DNA of 63,616 bases, the filler included, from Octopus bimaculoides (taxonomy: Eukaryota), in the NCBI RefSeq assembly GCF_001194135.2. It is 6 parts of 5 records of this genome, joined end to end, with 100 filler letters (N's around TTAATTAATTAA, not from the genome) between each part and the next. Parts side by side here need not be neighbours in the genome. Positions count along the whole stretch, not along the records: positions 16,835 to 33,021 come from NC_068985.1; positions 33,122 to 43,710 come from NC_069000.1; 4 more parts are not named here. One strand, written 5' to 3'. The translations under genes were made by a program, and so were the position numbers. Each line of letters opens with the position of its first letter. Position 1 is the stretch's first letter. This document shows positions 25,848 to 39,095 of this stretch, piece after piece. The notes beneath the pieces are model-generated. The model made no database searches, was not told the DNA's origin, and was given only the letters and a program-made list of their open reading frames with translations.

Positions 25848-26822
25848 CTTGTCTATCTACCTGTCTGTCTTTCTGTCTGTCTGTTTGTTTGTCTGTCCGT
25901 CTGTTTATCTATCTGTCAGTATGTATGTATATGTGTGTGTATATATATATGTACGTATATATATATATATATATATATATNNNNNNNNNNNNNNNNNNNN
26001 NNNNNNNNNNNNNNNNNNNNNNNNNNNNNNNNNNNNNNNNNNNNNNNNNNNNNNNNNNNNNNNNNNNNNNNNNNNNNNNNNNNNNNNNNNNNNNNNNNNN
26101 NNNNNNNNNNNNNNNNNNNNNNNNNNNNNNNNNNNNNNNNNNNNNNNNNNNNNNNNNNNNNNNNNNNNNNNNNNNNNNNNNNNNNNNNNNNNNNNNNNNN
26201 NNNNNNNNNNNNNNNNNNNNNNNNNNNNNNNNNNNNNNNNNNNNNNNNNNNNNNNNNNNNNNNNNNNNNNNNNNNNNNNNNNNNNNNNNNNNNNNNNNNN
26301 NNNNNNNNNNNNNNNNNNNNNNNNNNNNNNNNNNNNNNNNNNNNNNNNNNNNNNNNNNNNNNNNNNNNNNNNNNNNNNNNNNNNNNNNNNNNNNNNNNNN
26401 NNNNNNNNNNNNNNNNNNNNNNNNNNNNNNNNNNNNNNNNNNNNNNNNNNNNNNNNNNNNNNNNNNNNNNNNNNNNNNNNNNNNNNNNNNNNNNNNNNNN
26501 NNNNNNNNNNNNNNNNNNNNNNNNNNNNNNNNNNNNNNNNNNNNNNNNNNNNNNNNNNNNNNNNNNNNNNNNNNNNNNNNNNNNNNNNNNNNNNNNNNNN
26601 NNNNNNNNNNNNNNNNNNNNNNNNNNNNNNNNNNNNNNNNNNNNNNNNNNNNNNNNNNNNNNNNNNNNNNNNNNNNNNNNNNNNNNNNNNNNNNNNNNNN
26701 NNNNNNNNNNNNNNNNNNNNNNNNNNNNNNNNNNNNNNNNNNNNNNNNNNNNNNNNNNNNNNNNNNNNNNNNNNNNNNNNNNNNNNNNNNNNNNNNNNNN
26801 NNNNNNNNNNNNNNNNNNNNNN

Positions 26823-26885
<63 letters not shown>

Positions 26886-27945
26886 CCAAATATGGAACGA
26901 GACAAATAGGGAGAAGACGGCGTTGGTATAGTTTACATCGCATAAACAACGACGTGTAAAACGTCTGTAATATTATTCTTTATAGACGACGATGTTGTTT
27001 AGCAACACTCTACTGGTCATTTCATGTTAGTTGTAAAAACTGCAAAAATAGTCTCGTATTCGGTGAAATAGTCTGCTAGTATTGATTGGTTACAATTGAT
27101 TACCATTATGACTAGAACTGGCTGTACTTGTGAATGAAGGAATTATGAAACTGCATACTACTATTTCTTTGTGGGCAGAGCAACATCAGGCAATGTGGTG
27201 GTTGTAAATGCAGGCACTCGAAAGCTGAATTTTCATTCATAAAAATCTATAAAGAGCCTCTGCTTTGCTATCATCATCGACTACCAAACTATGACGTCAA
27301 TGTCATCTATAGTAACCACAATATTTTGTTCTGCATTTGCGTTTACTTTCTATTTTACCTTCTTTCTTCCTTTCTTTCTTTTATTCTTTAACTACATATC
27401 TGCCTTTCCTACTATTACTACTACTACTACTGGCTTGTGTGGCTTTTTTTAATTTTTTTTTATTCTCTTTTGTTGTGTTTTGTTCTGTTTGTTATTTGTT
27501 TTCACGGAACAATACCAAAAATTTAACGACCTTGTTACTCCATAAAAGGTCGATACATACATAAATACCATATACATACATACATACATACATACATACA
27601 TACAGACATACATACACATATATACACATATACACACATATATATATATAGATACACATATACATATAGACAAATACATAAATATATATACATATATATA
27701 TGCACACATAAAAGTATGTGTGTATGTATGTATGTATGTATGTATGTATGTCCAATAGCGTATTTTAGAGACAGTGTCGTAGCCATTTACTGTTCATTCA
27801 TAAATGGAGCTCCGCAACCTCTGCAGCCTCGGTGATAGTAGTAATTGCGTAGGTGCATCGGAAATCCATCCTCCGTAGAGATGCTAAGATCACAGGTTCG
27901 AAATAAGCAATAGTAAATTGAAATAAAATGAAATGTAATTTTTTG

Positions 27946-28502
<557 letters not shown>

Positions 28503-29032
28503 GAAATAAAATCATAATAAAATTATTAATTATAAATTATCTTTAATTATTATTACCGTTGCTGTTTGGCATCAGATCGGTTCTGATTGAATAGATGTAT
28601 AATGATTAATGGCGTTCTGACCATGGCCAGCCCATTTTTTTTTCTTTCGGGTAAACTGAGGATAGGATTATGTTATCCAATATGTCTTTCATTTTATTTT
28701 TATTTATTTTTTTTACACTAAGATGTGTTTTGAGGGAGATATGGCTGTTATCTTTAAACAGCTCGAGCGGGGTATCGAGAACAATCTATTTATAATTTGA
28801 TTTAATTGAAGACGTGTAATAGAATATTTCGTATTTTTACAGATTTAAACCATTTTTGGAACAAATATTCTTCATATACGAGCGCACTCATAGACACACA
28901 GACACACAGACACACACGGACACACATACACGCACACACCTACACGAACAACCATACACACACAATAGGTACAGACTCATTTACACATACATTTTACATA
29001 CACGCGCGCATATATACGCATAGATATATGTG

Positions 29033-29334
29033 CAGTGACGAACTGGGTCTAAAAATATTGGTTTCCAGGAGACTAAGGGGGCCCACCCGCAACTACAATG
29101 CTATCGTTATTTTATTATTATTATTTTTTTTTTTGTTAAAAGTGTTCTTTTCAGATGTCTACAAACACTGAGGCTGAAATAATTAAATACATTCTTCCAG
29201 GAGTGAATAAAAAATTCTCAAACTTGAGGGAATGGGCCCCTTAGATACTAACATGGGCCCCCATATGTGGATTCTAATGACGCAGGGGCTCATTTACCAT
29301 CCGGAAAGCTGGCTACCTGGTCAGTCCGCCACTG
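29033..29334. mobile_element. hAT-like MITE
   Basis: Imperfect TIRs CAGTGACGAACTG / CAGTCCGCCACTG and no ORF. The 8-bp flanks match 6/8 but are low complexity. Confidence 0.55.
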
Positions 29335-29726
29335 TATATATACATAAAACTCGTATATTTTGGTATGTCTGATTATCTATATGTCTGTCTATATATGTAT
29401 GTCATTGTTCAATTTTATTTCAAGATTTCTTGCCAATAGAGAATGAGCCGGTTTCTAAACTAGACCCAAGGCTTCTTCATTGGAAATTCGACATCAACAG
29501 AGTATGTATGTATGTATGTATGTATGTATTACGTATGCATGCTGGCATGCATGTATATATAACTGTGATTGTATATATGTGTATGCATGTATGTGCCTAT
29601 AGATGTATGTATGTGTGTGTATATTATGTATCTGTCTATATATGAGCTTGTGTATGTATGTATGCATGTATGTATATATGTATGTATGAATGTATGTATG
29701 TATGCATGTATGTACATATGTATGTG

Positions 29727-29800
<74 letters not shown>

Positions 29801-30150
29801 TATATGTGTGTGCTTGTGTATGCATGTCATTGTTCAGTTTTATTTCAAGATGTATGCATGCATGTATGTATGTATGTATGTATGTATGTATGTATGCATG
29901 TATGTATGTATGTATGTATGTATGGTGAATACGATTGTTTCCTTATATCTAAAGGTTTCGTTTGGTTGGTGTTATTCATTCAAACTCATTGGTGAATTTG
30001 GAATAAACCTTATTAATTGTTTATTTCAAACTCGTCGATGAATTCTGCACGAAACCTTTGGGTATCACACGAAGACAATCCTGTTTACCAACACAAAAAT
30101 TATATAATTATAGCAGACTCTACACCACACTTCTACAACACGCAAACGCC

Positions 30151-30197
<47 letters not shown>

Positions 30198-30427
30198 TAT
30201 ATATGTGCGTGTTTGTCTCTGTGTGTCAGTGTGTGTGTATGTGTGTTGCATGTATGTATTAATGAGTACATGTGTATATATGTACATGCATGTGTGCGTG
30301 TGCGTGTTTATGTGTTATCCAATTTGGCAAAATTCGAAGTCACTTTCAACTTTCAGTAACAAAACAACCCATCTCACACATTGGCTTAATGTAAATCACA
30401 CACACACACGCACACACGCACACACAC

Positions 30428-30477
<50 letters not shown>

Positions 30478-32394
30478 NNNNNNNNNNNNNNNNNNNNNNN
30501 NNNNNNNNNNNNNNNNNNNNNNNNNNNNNNNNNNNNNNNNNNNNNNNNNNNNNNNNNNNNNNNNNNNNNNNNNNNNNNNNNNNNNNNNNNNNNNNNNNNN
30601 NNNNNNNNNNNNNNNNNNNNNNNNNNNNNGGTGGTGGTGGTGGTTTTGGTGTCAAAACAACGACTGTTTTCAGTCACAAGACTGGCGTAAATGGTACAGC
30701 ACCGAACCAAATGACTCTCAGCTACGATTTCGATTCTTTCCAGACCGGTAGTAAATAAGGACAAGTAACAGTGCTGGGTCCGATTCACACCAAATATGAC
30801 ACCCAACAGCAGCAGCAACAGTAGCAGCAGCCTTCGGGTGAATTGCTCTGGATTTTGTTTGGTCCAGATCTTCAGGTGGAGAAACGGGAGGAGGTAACAA
30901 GCAAGATAGCCACTCTCACTCAAAAACGGGCTAAGAGTAAGCCTGTCCCCGAAAAGTTGGGTAGAGTTGGTGAACGATATCATTGCCTCCACCATATATT
31001 GTCGCTTGACTGCCGAGTTTTGCCACACTTCACGTCTGACTGGAGTGGAGCGCTTACTCTTCCATTTCTGTGGGAAAAAAAATGCGTTGCACTGGTCAGA
31101 CCCTCCATTTGCTGTTAACACCTTCTGAGCAATGGACTGAGAATGTCGAGATTGATGATGTATAGGCATGCGCCGAGGCTGTGACATCTCTAGCAATTCC
31201 TAGCTATTTGAGAGACTTACTTTTCCATAACTTGTGTCTCTTTGACAGAGTTGCAATGCTGGATCAAGCAATGACCAAGACAGGATACTTGGCATATGGA
31301 ATGTCGCCAAACGCTCACAGCCTTATGCAATAGTATTTTAAGGGCCACGGAAAAGTCTTGCTTTAGATGTATGTATTGATATTTATTGCAAGAAACATCT
31401 AGGTTTCTTTCCCTAACATTTTAAATAGTTCAACCTACACAAGTTAATGTATGAAAAACAAAATAGGAATTTTGAAAGAAGTTTCTATAAAACTGGTTTT
31501 TAAACATCGAATGGCTATGGGAGCCCACCAGAATGAATTTAGAATCAAAGGGTAAAAAATAGTTGAGAACCCCTGATCAAGATCAATGGCTCTCGAACGG
31601 CATGCTACAACATATGGGAGTGCTGCTAGTCGTACTCATGCGTGCCGTTTTTAACAAACTAATGGTTTGCAAAAGCCATGATAAAATTTGAGCACTTTGG
31701 AAAACTTGCCACTTATAATTTTGTTATGACAACAAATATTATCAAATCGCGGCAAACAATGGTTTTCTCTGTTCTTTTATAAACTTTTTAATTTGTTTTC
31801 TGCATGATAGCTGTTTATCAGAAAATGAAAGCAAAAGCATTACGAGAAGGAATTTTTATTAAGTAAACGAAAACAAAGCATTACGATAACCAGAGTTGTA
31901 AGAACTTCTGAAGCTTTAATAAGTTTTAAAGAATAAAGTCATGCGAAACGGTCGAACAGGCATCCGTGCAGTGGACTAAATCCGAAACTACGAGGCTGCA
32001 AAGCGAACTCCGTAACTCTATAGCACTGCCTGCGCCAGTAAATTTTTTTCTTTTAAGTTTCATATGAAATATCTCGGTCATAATTTTTTATATGAGGTGT
32101 AACAATAATACTTTGTTTGATTTTTCCAGTACGCTTCGTCGTCAAAAATTTGATCTAAGTCGATAAGAAAATATTCGCTAATTGGCGGCTGCCCGAAGTG
32201 CATCTGGTTTGGGCCTACTTGCCTCATGACTGTATGACACATCTGTAAATAACTACTCGGTATGGCTGGATAAATGGTCACTTATGCAAACACGCGCACA
32301 ATCTCCCAGTGCTTCACACACACACACACAAACATACATATGTATTTACGTATGTATGCATTTATATGTATATATATATATATATAAGTATATA

Positions 32395-32667
32395 TATGTA
32401 TAGGGGGAAAATTCACAAAAAAAAAACAATAGACGAAGACAGGTGGTGTAGACAACAAACAGATATATTAGTATAACGCTCGGGAAGTGAAAAAGTCTTT
32501 AACGTTTCGAGCCTACGCTCTTCCACAGAAAGGAACACAGAAAGAAACAAGGAGAGAAAAAAAAGAATGTGTAGTGGCTACCGATCTATCATGGCGAATG
32601 CCGGACAGAAGGGTCAAACAGGAGAGCTAGGAAGAAGGGGAGATAATAAAATAGTGGTGATCCCAAA
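32395..32667 (-). mobile_element. Penelope-like terminal-repeat fragment (family D) with hammerhead-like motif
   Basis: About 130 bp shared with 59508-59655. Minus strand has CTGTGGA-A-GAGC-GTAG-GCTC-GAAAC-GTT at 32501-32528. Confidence 0.5.
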
Positions 32668-32692
32668 NNNNNNNNNNACACACACACACATA

Positions 32693-32974
32693 AGTCAAAA
32701 CGTATAGTGATAAACAAACGGACGGAAGGACATACTAAATGCACTGAATGCACAGACGCACAGACGAACAGAAAACAAAATTAGTCAAAAATTCCTCATT
32801 CGTTATCTGCCAGAACGTCAAGCGTAATTTCATGCCATCATCGATAATTATATTTGATGCTTTGGTCGATAACTGATGAGGAATTTATGACCAGCGTTGC
32901 TCTCTGTTCCTCTGTGCATTCAGTGCATTTAGTATGACTTTCTGGTCGTTTGTTTATTACTCTACGTTTTGACT
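32693..32974. repeat. About 280-bp imperfect palindrome (foldback/MITE-like)
   Basis: AGTCAAAACGTA...CATACTAAATGCACTGAATGCACAGA on the left is the reverse complement of TCTGTGCATTCAGTGCATTTAGTATG...TACGTTTTGACT on the right. Pairing continues inward. Confidence 0.85.
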
Positions 32975-33136
32975 ACTGAAAATATCATTCACAAAACGCA
33001 ACACACTCCTTATTTTGACCTNNNNNNNNNNNNNNNNNNNNNNNNNNNNNNNNNNNNNNNNNNNNTTAATTAATTAANNNNNNNNNNNNNNNNNNNNNNN
33101 NNNNNNNNNNNNNNNNNNNNNTATATATATATATAT

Positions 33137-33549
33137 AGGTGCAGGCGTGGCTGTGTGGTAAGAGGCTTATTTCCAAAGCACATGACTCTATGTTCAATCC
33201 CTCGGCGTGGTCCCTTCGGCCAACCAATGACTTGTGAGTAGATTTTGTAGATGGAAACTGAAAGAAGCCTAACGTGTGTGTGTGTGTGTGTATGCATGCA
33301 TGTATGTATGCATGGATCTGCATATATCTATGTATTGTGTTTTTGTGTCTATGTTTGTCCCTGACCACCGCTTGACAGTTTGTGCTGGTGTGTTTACGCT
33401 TCTGTAACTTAGCGGTTCTGCAAAAGAGACCGATAGATAAGTACAAGGCTTTAAAAAATAAGTCCTGGGGTCGATTTGTTAGACTAGTAAAGGCCTTCGA
33501 GGAGGTTCCCCAGCATGGCCGCAGTCAAAATGATTGCAACAATAAAAGA
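33137..33549 (+). mobile_element. SINE family B
   Basis: Head GGCGTGGCTGTGTGGTAAG, internal (TG)n, tail AATAAAAGAT. Confidence 0.8.
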
Positions 33550-33819
33550 TATGATTATCACTATATTTCTTGGGTGTCAGTGTTCTTTTCCATTCTGATA
33601 TCAATTGGAGAATTTCTTCAGTCATTCCCGCTTGATCTTTCTCTTACTTTTCCCTTGGCAAGCTACTCACCCCATACGTCACGCTGTCTCTGAGGATTTC
33701 CCATTTTCTATCAAGTTTTCCCATTGGGTGTTTCTTAATATTGTTCAGCCTTCATTCCTGAACATTTACTGTTCACTTCAACGTTGTATTCCCGTCTCAC
33801 ATCAGCTAATAAGCTTTCC

Positions 33820-34032
33820 TTAGGGTGGCAAGCTGGCAGAATCTTTAACACGCCGAGCAAAATGCTTAGCGGTATCTCGTTCGTTTTTACGTTCTGAGTT
33901 CTAATTCTGCTGAGGTCGACTTTGCCTTTCGTCCTTTCGGGGTCGATAAAGTAAGTACGAGCACTGGAGTCGATGAAATCGACTTATTCCCTCCCCCAAA
34001 ATTGCTGGCCTTGTACCAAAATTTGAAAGCAA
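33820..34032 (+). mobile_element. SINE family A
   Basis: GGTGGCAAGCTGGCAGAA...GAGTTCTAATTC...GGCCTTGTACCAAAATTTGAAA. Confidence 0.85.
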
Positions 34033-34189
34033 TATCATAAGCCTACCTTGTTTCGGTTTCCTGTGTGGGAACTTTTTCAGCTTTTATGCTCACTTTTGCG
34101 CTTACAAGGTTATGATCCGAAAAAGATGTCTGCCCCTGTTATGTTTTGCACAGTTTGATGCTGTTGTCGAATCGGTTATATTGGGACCG

Positions 34190-35410
34190 AAAGCAGCCAT
34201 CAAAATAGACCAACTATTGTCAGAAAAGATCAAAAGAGGTACAAGACAAGGATGTGTGCTACCCCCATACCTATTTCATATCTATTCAAGCAATATAAGA
34301 GATACTGATAATAGAGCGTTATTTACAGGCAACAATGAGAAATTACAAGAAGCTGTTGATGCTGTAAAGAAGGAAGTTACAAGAAGGACCTAAATATTAA
34401 TGCATAAACACAATGGTTATTATTAAGAGAGAATAAATGGCAGTAAACATAAAGATAGATGGACAGAAGCCTGAGCAGACGAAAAACGAAAAATAAATCA
34501 AGAAGCTGTCAAGAAGAATAAATAAGAATTAATCAACATTTATATGAAATTAAAGATCTTCGCTTCTAAAGAAACAAAAGATATAACATCAAGGCCGGAT
34601 TATGACCCTTGAGGACCTAAGCATATGAACAATGCTGGTGTTCCTATATGTAATTAAAAATATATACAATAATAAGCCATAAAATAAATTTTTATTTCTT
34701 AAAATGAAACAAAACTAAAAGAAAGATGGAAAATAATGTTTATTTTTGTATATTTCGACTTTATTTATATTTGAAAAGATTCCTCTTATCTTTTTTTAGT
34801 CTTTGATCAGATCCTTACTGTGACACCATGAACACTTTAAGATTATTTTACCGATCATATAAACTACTTAGAATATTATTTTAGCAAGCTTAAAGAGATT
34901 TCTTTTGTGCTGTAAACCTTTTACTCCTTCTGTGGTGACCTCCGCCCTTTGATGCCCTAAACACGTGCTTATTTTACTTAATGGTTAATTTAGCGCGGCA
35001 TAACATGTAGCGAAGCACTGAGGTTAGTTGACTTCTGTATCATACCAATTGTCCTCTACAAGACAGAGACTTGGATAATGCATACAGCTTTGGAGAAAAA
35101 GATAGAAGCCTTTGAGACACGAGCTTCCCCAGATTCGACAGGATGAACTGGAAAGCACTAGGAAAGCTAAAAGTCCAAAGACAGCTGTAAGCAAGCATCA
35201 AGTTCGAGAAGCTGATACATTTGGAACACACAATGCGCCACAAGTCATTGCTTAAGACCATCGTTACAGGAAGTATGGAAGGAAAGAGAGCAAAAGACCG
35301 CCAACGACGTTTGGGGACTGACAGCGACAAAAATGCACTGGAAACAATAACATGCTTAATTGTATGCTTGCAGCACAGCACAAAGAGGAAAAAAGGTTCT
35401 TGGCTGACCA
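34190..35410 (+). mobile_element. RTE-clade LINE reverse-transcriptase remnant interrupted by a MITE
   Basis: KRGTRQGCVLPPYLFHIY before the insertion. PIVLYKTETW..EKKIEAFE and HTMRHKSLLKTIVTGSMEGKRAK after it. Confidence 0.8.
34590..34998. mobile_element. hAT-type non-autonomous element (MITE) inside the RTE
   Basis: Left end CAAGGCCGGATTA; degraded right end TAATTTAGCGCGG. Flanked by an 8-bp TSD, TATAACAT (34582-34589) and CATAACAT (34999-35006). Confidence 0.6.
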
Positions 35411-36067
35411 CAGGAAGCAGTGAAGGCACCTGGCCGATGAGAGTGATTTTATTATACAGTTTTCCATATGTCGTATGTGTGAGTTCACCATATGAGATCA
35501 TCAGAGATTGTGAGGTCCATGATTTACTGAGGCTTTGCAGGTTTCAGTTGTATTTTAGTCATGATCGAAAAGCACAAAAGTGTTTCATTGGCGTGTATAG
35601 TCACTGTGTGTTTATGTCGTCTAAAACTCCAGATTGCTATGTCCCCTTCCAAGGATGTTGTTCTTTGTATTTGTTCTTGGAGGTTGTGCAGGTCTGGGAT
35701 GAGGCGTTCCATGAGAATGCGAATGACGCTTGTATACAGAACGCTTAAGGATGTGAGGAGTAAAATGCTATGATCTGTGGAGAAACGAGGGTTCATAGAA
35801 GAAACAAGTTGCTCTGGAAGATAAACTGAGAGAGAGATGAGGCACGGGATTATATACAACTCCTTCTATTAACCCTTAGTTTTGGGGGAATGGGGGAGAT
35901 AGGACAGTAGTTGTCAAGATGGAAGATTATGTCTTTTGTGGGAAAATAGGCCACATCATAGCACTGTTTTATACAGAATCATGGGGAAACAAAATTATCG
36001 TAGAGTTTGTTGAGAATACAAACTTATTCAAGAACATGCTTAAACATACATCAATATATCAAATATG

Positions 36068-36218
36068 CTGAAGGCAGCGAGCTAGCAGAATCATTACCGT
36101 GCTAGGCAAAATGTTTAGGAGCATTTCGTTTTTCTTTACGTTGTGAGTTCAAATTCTGCCAAGGTCGACTTTGCCTTTTTTTTTTTTTCCGGGTCAATAA
36201 AATAAGTACCAGTCAAAT
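36068..36218 (+). mobile_element. SINE family A, 3' truncated
   Basis: Head, B box and part of the body. Confidence 0.75.
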
Positions 36219-36229
36219 ACTGTGGTTAT

Positions 36230-36390
36230 CCTGCTTTCTGTCTCCCCGATTCTCTGGATTCGGGAAGAAATCGGCTTTGCAAAGATCTTCAGAAGGATTG
36301 GCTCTACCAGATCTAAATATGCCCAAAGCACGCTGTATGCCACAACGGCACCCTACAACTTTATCTGAGAGTTGAGGACTCAAAGAAGGG
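36230..36390 (+). mobile_element. Short L1/Tx1-like ORF2 fragment
   Basis: EGLALPDL resembles the post-RT GGL.LPD motif. Confidence 0.35.
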
Positions 36391-36439
36391 CATGTGTGCA
36401 TGTATGTGTGCATGCATACGCACATACATACATATGCTA

Positions 36440-36481
36440 TGTATGTGTGTAATTATTTGTGTATATATGTATGTATACATA

Positions 36482-36517
<36 letters not shown>

Positions 36518-37024
36518 TGTATGTATGTATGTATGTATGTATGTATGTATGCGTGTATGTATGTATGTATGTATGTAGAAGAAGAAGAAGAAGAAGAAGA
36601 AGAAGAAGAAGAAGAAGGAGGAGGATGATGATGATGACGATGATCATGATGATTGCTGTTAAATACCAGAACCAATATCTACTGGAACGGATATCCGACA
36701 GAAGCTTCAAACGGCAAACAAAATCAGATGAGAGACTGATTTTACAGGAAACAAGCTGTGAATTAATTCCTTGTTTTGTGTTGTAGTGTTTGCGTTTGTA
36801 ATATTTTTGCCGTTGTATTTGTTTGATTTTAAAGTGGTTTAGAGTAGAATTTGTTGTTGCTTTTCTTCTCATATGTTTGATTTTTGTTGTTGTATTCGTA
36901 TTATTGTTGTTGTTGTTGTTGTTGTTTTGAATGAGGTATTTGTAAGTTGTGTTTGATCGTCGTCTTGTTTGTGTCTTTTTTATTTGTTTGTTGCTATGTT
37001 TTTTTATTATTATTATTATCATTG

Positions 37025-37090
<66 letters not shown>
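36440..37090. repeat. Compound microsatellite field: (TATG)n, (GAA)n, (GAT)n, (TTG)n, (ATT)n
   Basis: Direct reading. Confidence 0.9.
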
Positions 37091-38411
37091 CTCGCCTGTT
37101 TTTAAGAGAGAATGAAACTTTGCCAAAAACTGCGATTTTGCTGTTTCCCTTGGCGGTGTGTAAGAGAGGAGATACGGCATATATAGTGAATATAGCGTAT
37201 ATAGTGAACGGGGATAGGGGAGAGGAAGACAGAAGAGGATGGGAGTGAGAAGAGTAGGAGGAAGGGACTAGAGGAAAGGAAGGAGAGGAGCAGGTGGGGG
37301 GATAGAAGGATGAGAAGGGAAAGAAAAATAGTATGGTATTGAGGTTCCGAAGTTTTGTGGTGTTGGGTAGTTGATAAATGTAATGGCGGTAGTAGCATTT
37401 GATGTTGGTGGGGGTTGTCAGTGGTGTTGCTGGTGGTGGTTTTTTATGGCGGCGGCGGTGGCNNNNNNNNNNNNNNNNNNNNNNNNNNNNNNNNNNNNNN
37501 NNNNNNNNNNNNNNNNNNNNNNNNNNNNNNNNNNNNNNNNNNNNNNNNNNNNNNNNNNNNNNNNNNNNNNNNNNNNNNNNNNNNNNNNNNNNNNNNNNNN
37601 NNNNNNNNNNNNNNNNNNNNNNNNNNNNNNNNNNNNNNNNNNNNNNNNNNNNNNNNNNNNNNGCGGTGGTGATGGCGGTGGTGGTGGTGGTGGTGGTAAT
37701 AAGTTGTGTTGTCAATGGTGGTAGCGGGTGTGCAGTAATTGGTAGCATCAGTGGTGCTGATGATGATGATAATGCTGCTACTGCTGCTGTTGCTGCTGCT
37801 GCTGCGACTACTGTCACTTCTGGTATTTATGTGAATTTCTTGATTGAGGGGAAGGATAATGATAGCGACGATAGTAGTTTGGATGATAATGGTATTCGTG
37901 ACGACGACGACGACGATGACGAAGATGATAATAATGATGATGATGATGACGGACATATTGATAATACAGACACAAATACTGATTTGAAACACAGGCACAA
38001 AACCACTTTCTATTTAGTGTTAGTCGATGATAAGTCGTTTCCAATATTTACTGATACTCATTTTGTGGTCCCTAAAGGTTGGAAAATGGAAGTCAGAGAA
38101 GATTCATTTAAACACGCGATAAAAATAAAATAGCAACAACTAGAAATCTGTAACAAAATTTTAGAGATCGCACCCAAAGATAAGTAAGGAACCTCATAGA
38201 TATCGGGTCACCGCGACCGCCAAGGGTGCTACAGGGAGATATTTCTCTCCTATTTTGTTCGCTCTGTCCTACAGGCACCAGCTTAAAGTAGGACCATTCA
38301 GTCGAGCCAACTTTACTATATTCGACCAGCTTTCAACAAATTTATTTGGGAAGGTGCAGCACCCCATTCTCTACCCTCACCTTCTGTTTCAATCTTTTCT
38401 TTTTAATCTTC

Positions 38412-38750
38412 TATCTTTTACTTGTTTCAGTCATTTGACTACGGCCATGCTTGGGCACTGTCTTCAAGAGTTTTACTCGAACAAATGGAACCCAGGACTT
38501 TTTTTTTAAGCCTGATACTTATTCTATCGACCTCTTTGGTCGAACCGCTAGGTTACGGGGATGTAAACATACCCACACAGGTTGTCAAGCAGTGGTGGAG
38601 GACAATTACAAACACAAAGATACACACAAACACACACACATAACATAATTAAAGAATAAAATCATTAAAATTAATGAATTTTATCAATGACCAGCATATA
38701 GGCATGGTAGCTTGTATCCTTAGTTATAATTATATTCTACACAATTATAT

Positions 38751-38811
<61 letters not shown>

Positions 38812-39095
38812 CGTATGTATGTATGTATGTGTATATATATATGTATATATAAATATATACACACACTAATATATATACGTACATACATATACATACACCC
38901 ACATGCATACATACATACATACATACATACATACATACATACATGCATACATATATACACACATACATATACCAAGTCCACTCACAAGACTTTAGTCGGC
39001 CCGAGGTTATAGTAGAAGACACTTACCCAAGGTGTCGCACGGTGAGACTGAACCAGAACTATGTGGTGAGAAGCAAGCTTCTTACCACACAGCGG
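38412..39095 (-). mobile_element. SINE family B with an expanded internal microsatellite region
   Basis: 3' half at 38412-38640 and head at 38965-39095. Confidence 0.75.

Noticed and set aside
31200-31575. GTTGAGAACCCCTG end resembling a hAT/Charlie TIR (similar 5'-type end near 63543)
   Set aside because: No partner TIR or TSD found, so the element cannot be delimited.
35524-35859. 111-aa minus-strand ORF next to the RTE
   Set aside because: No motif I can assign; probably a decayed retroelement fragment.
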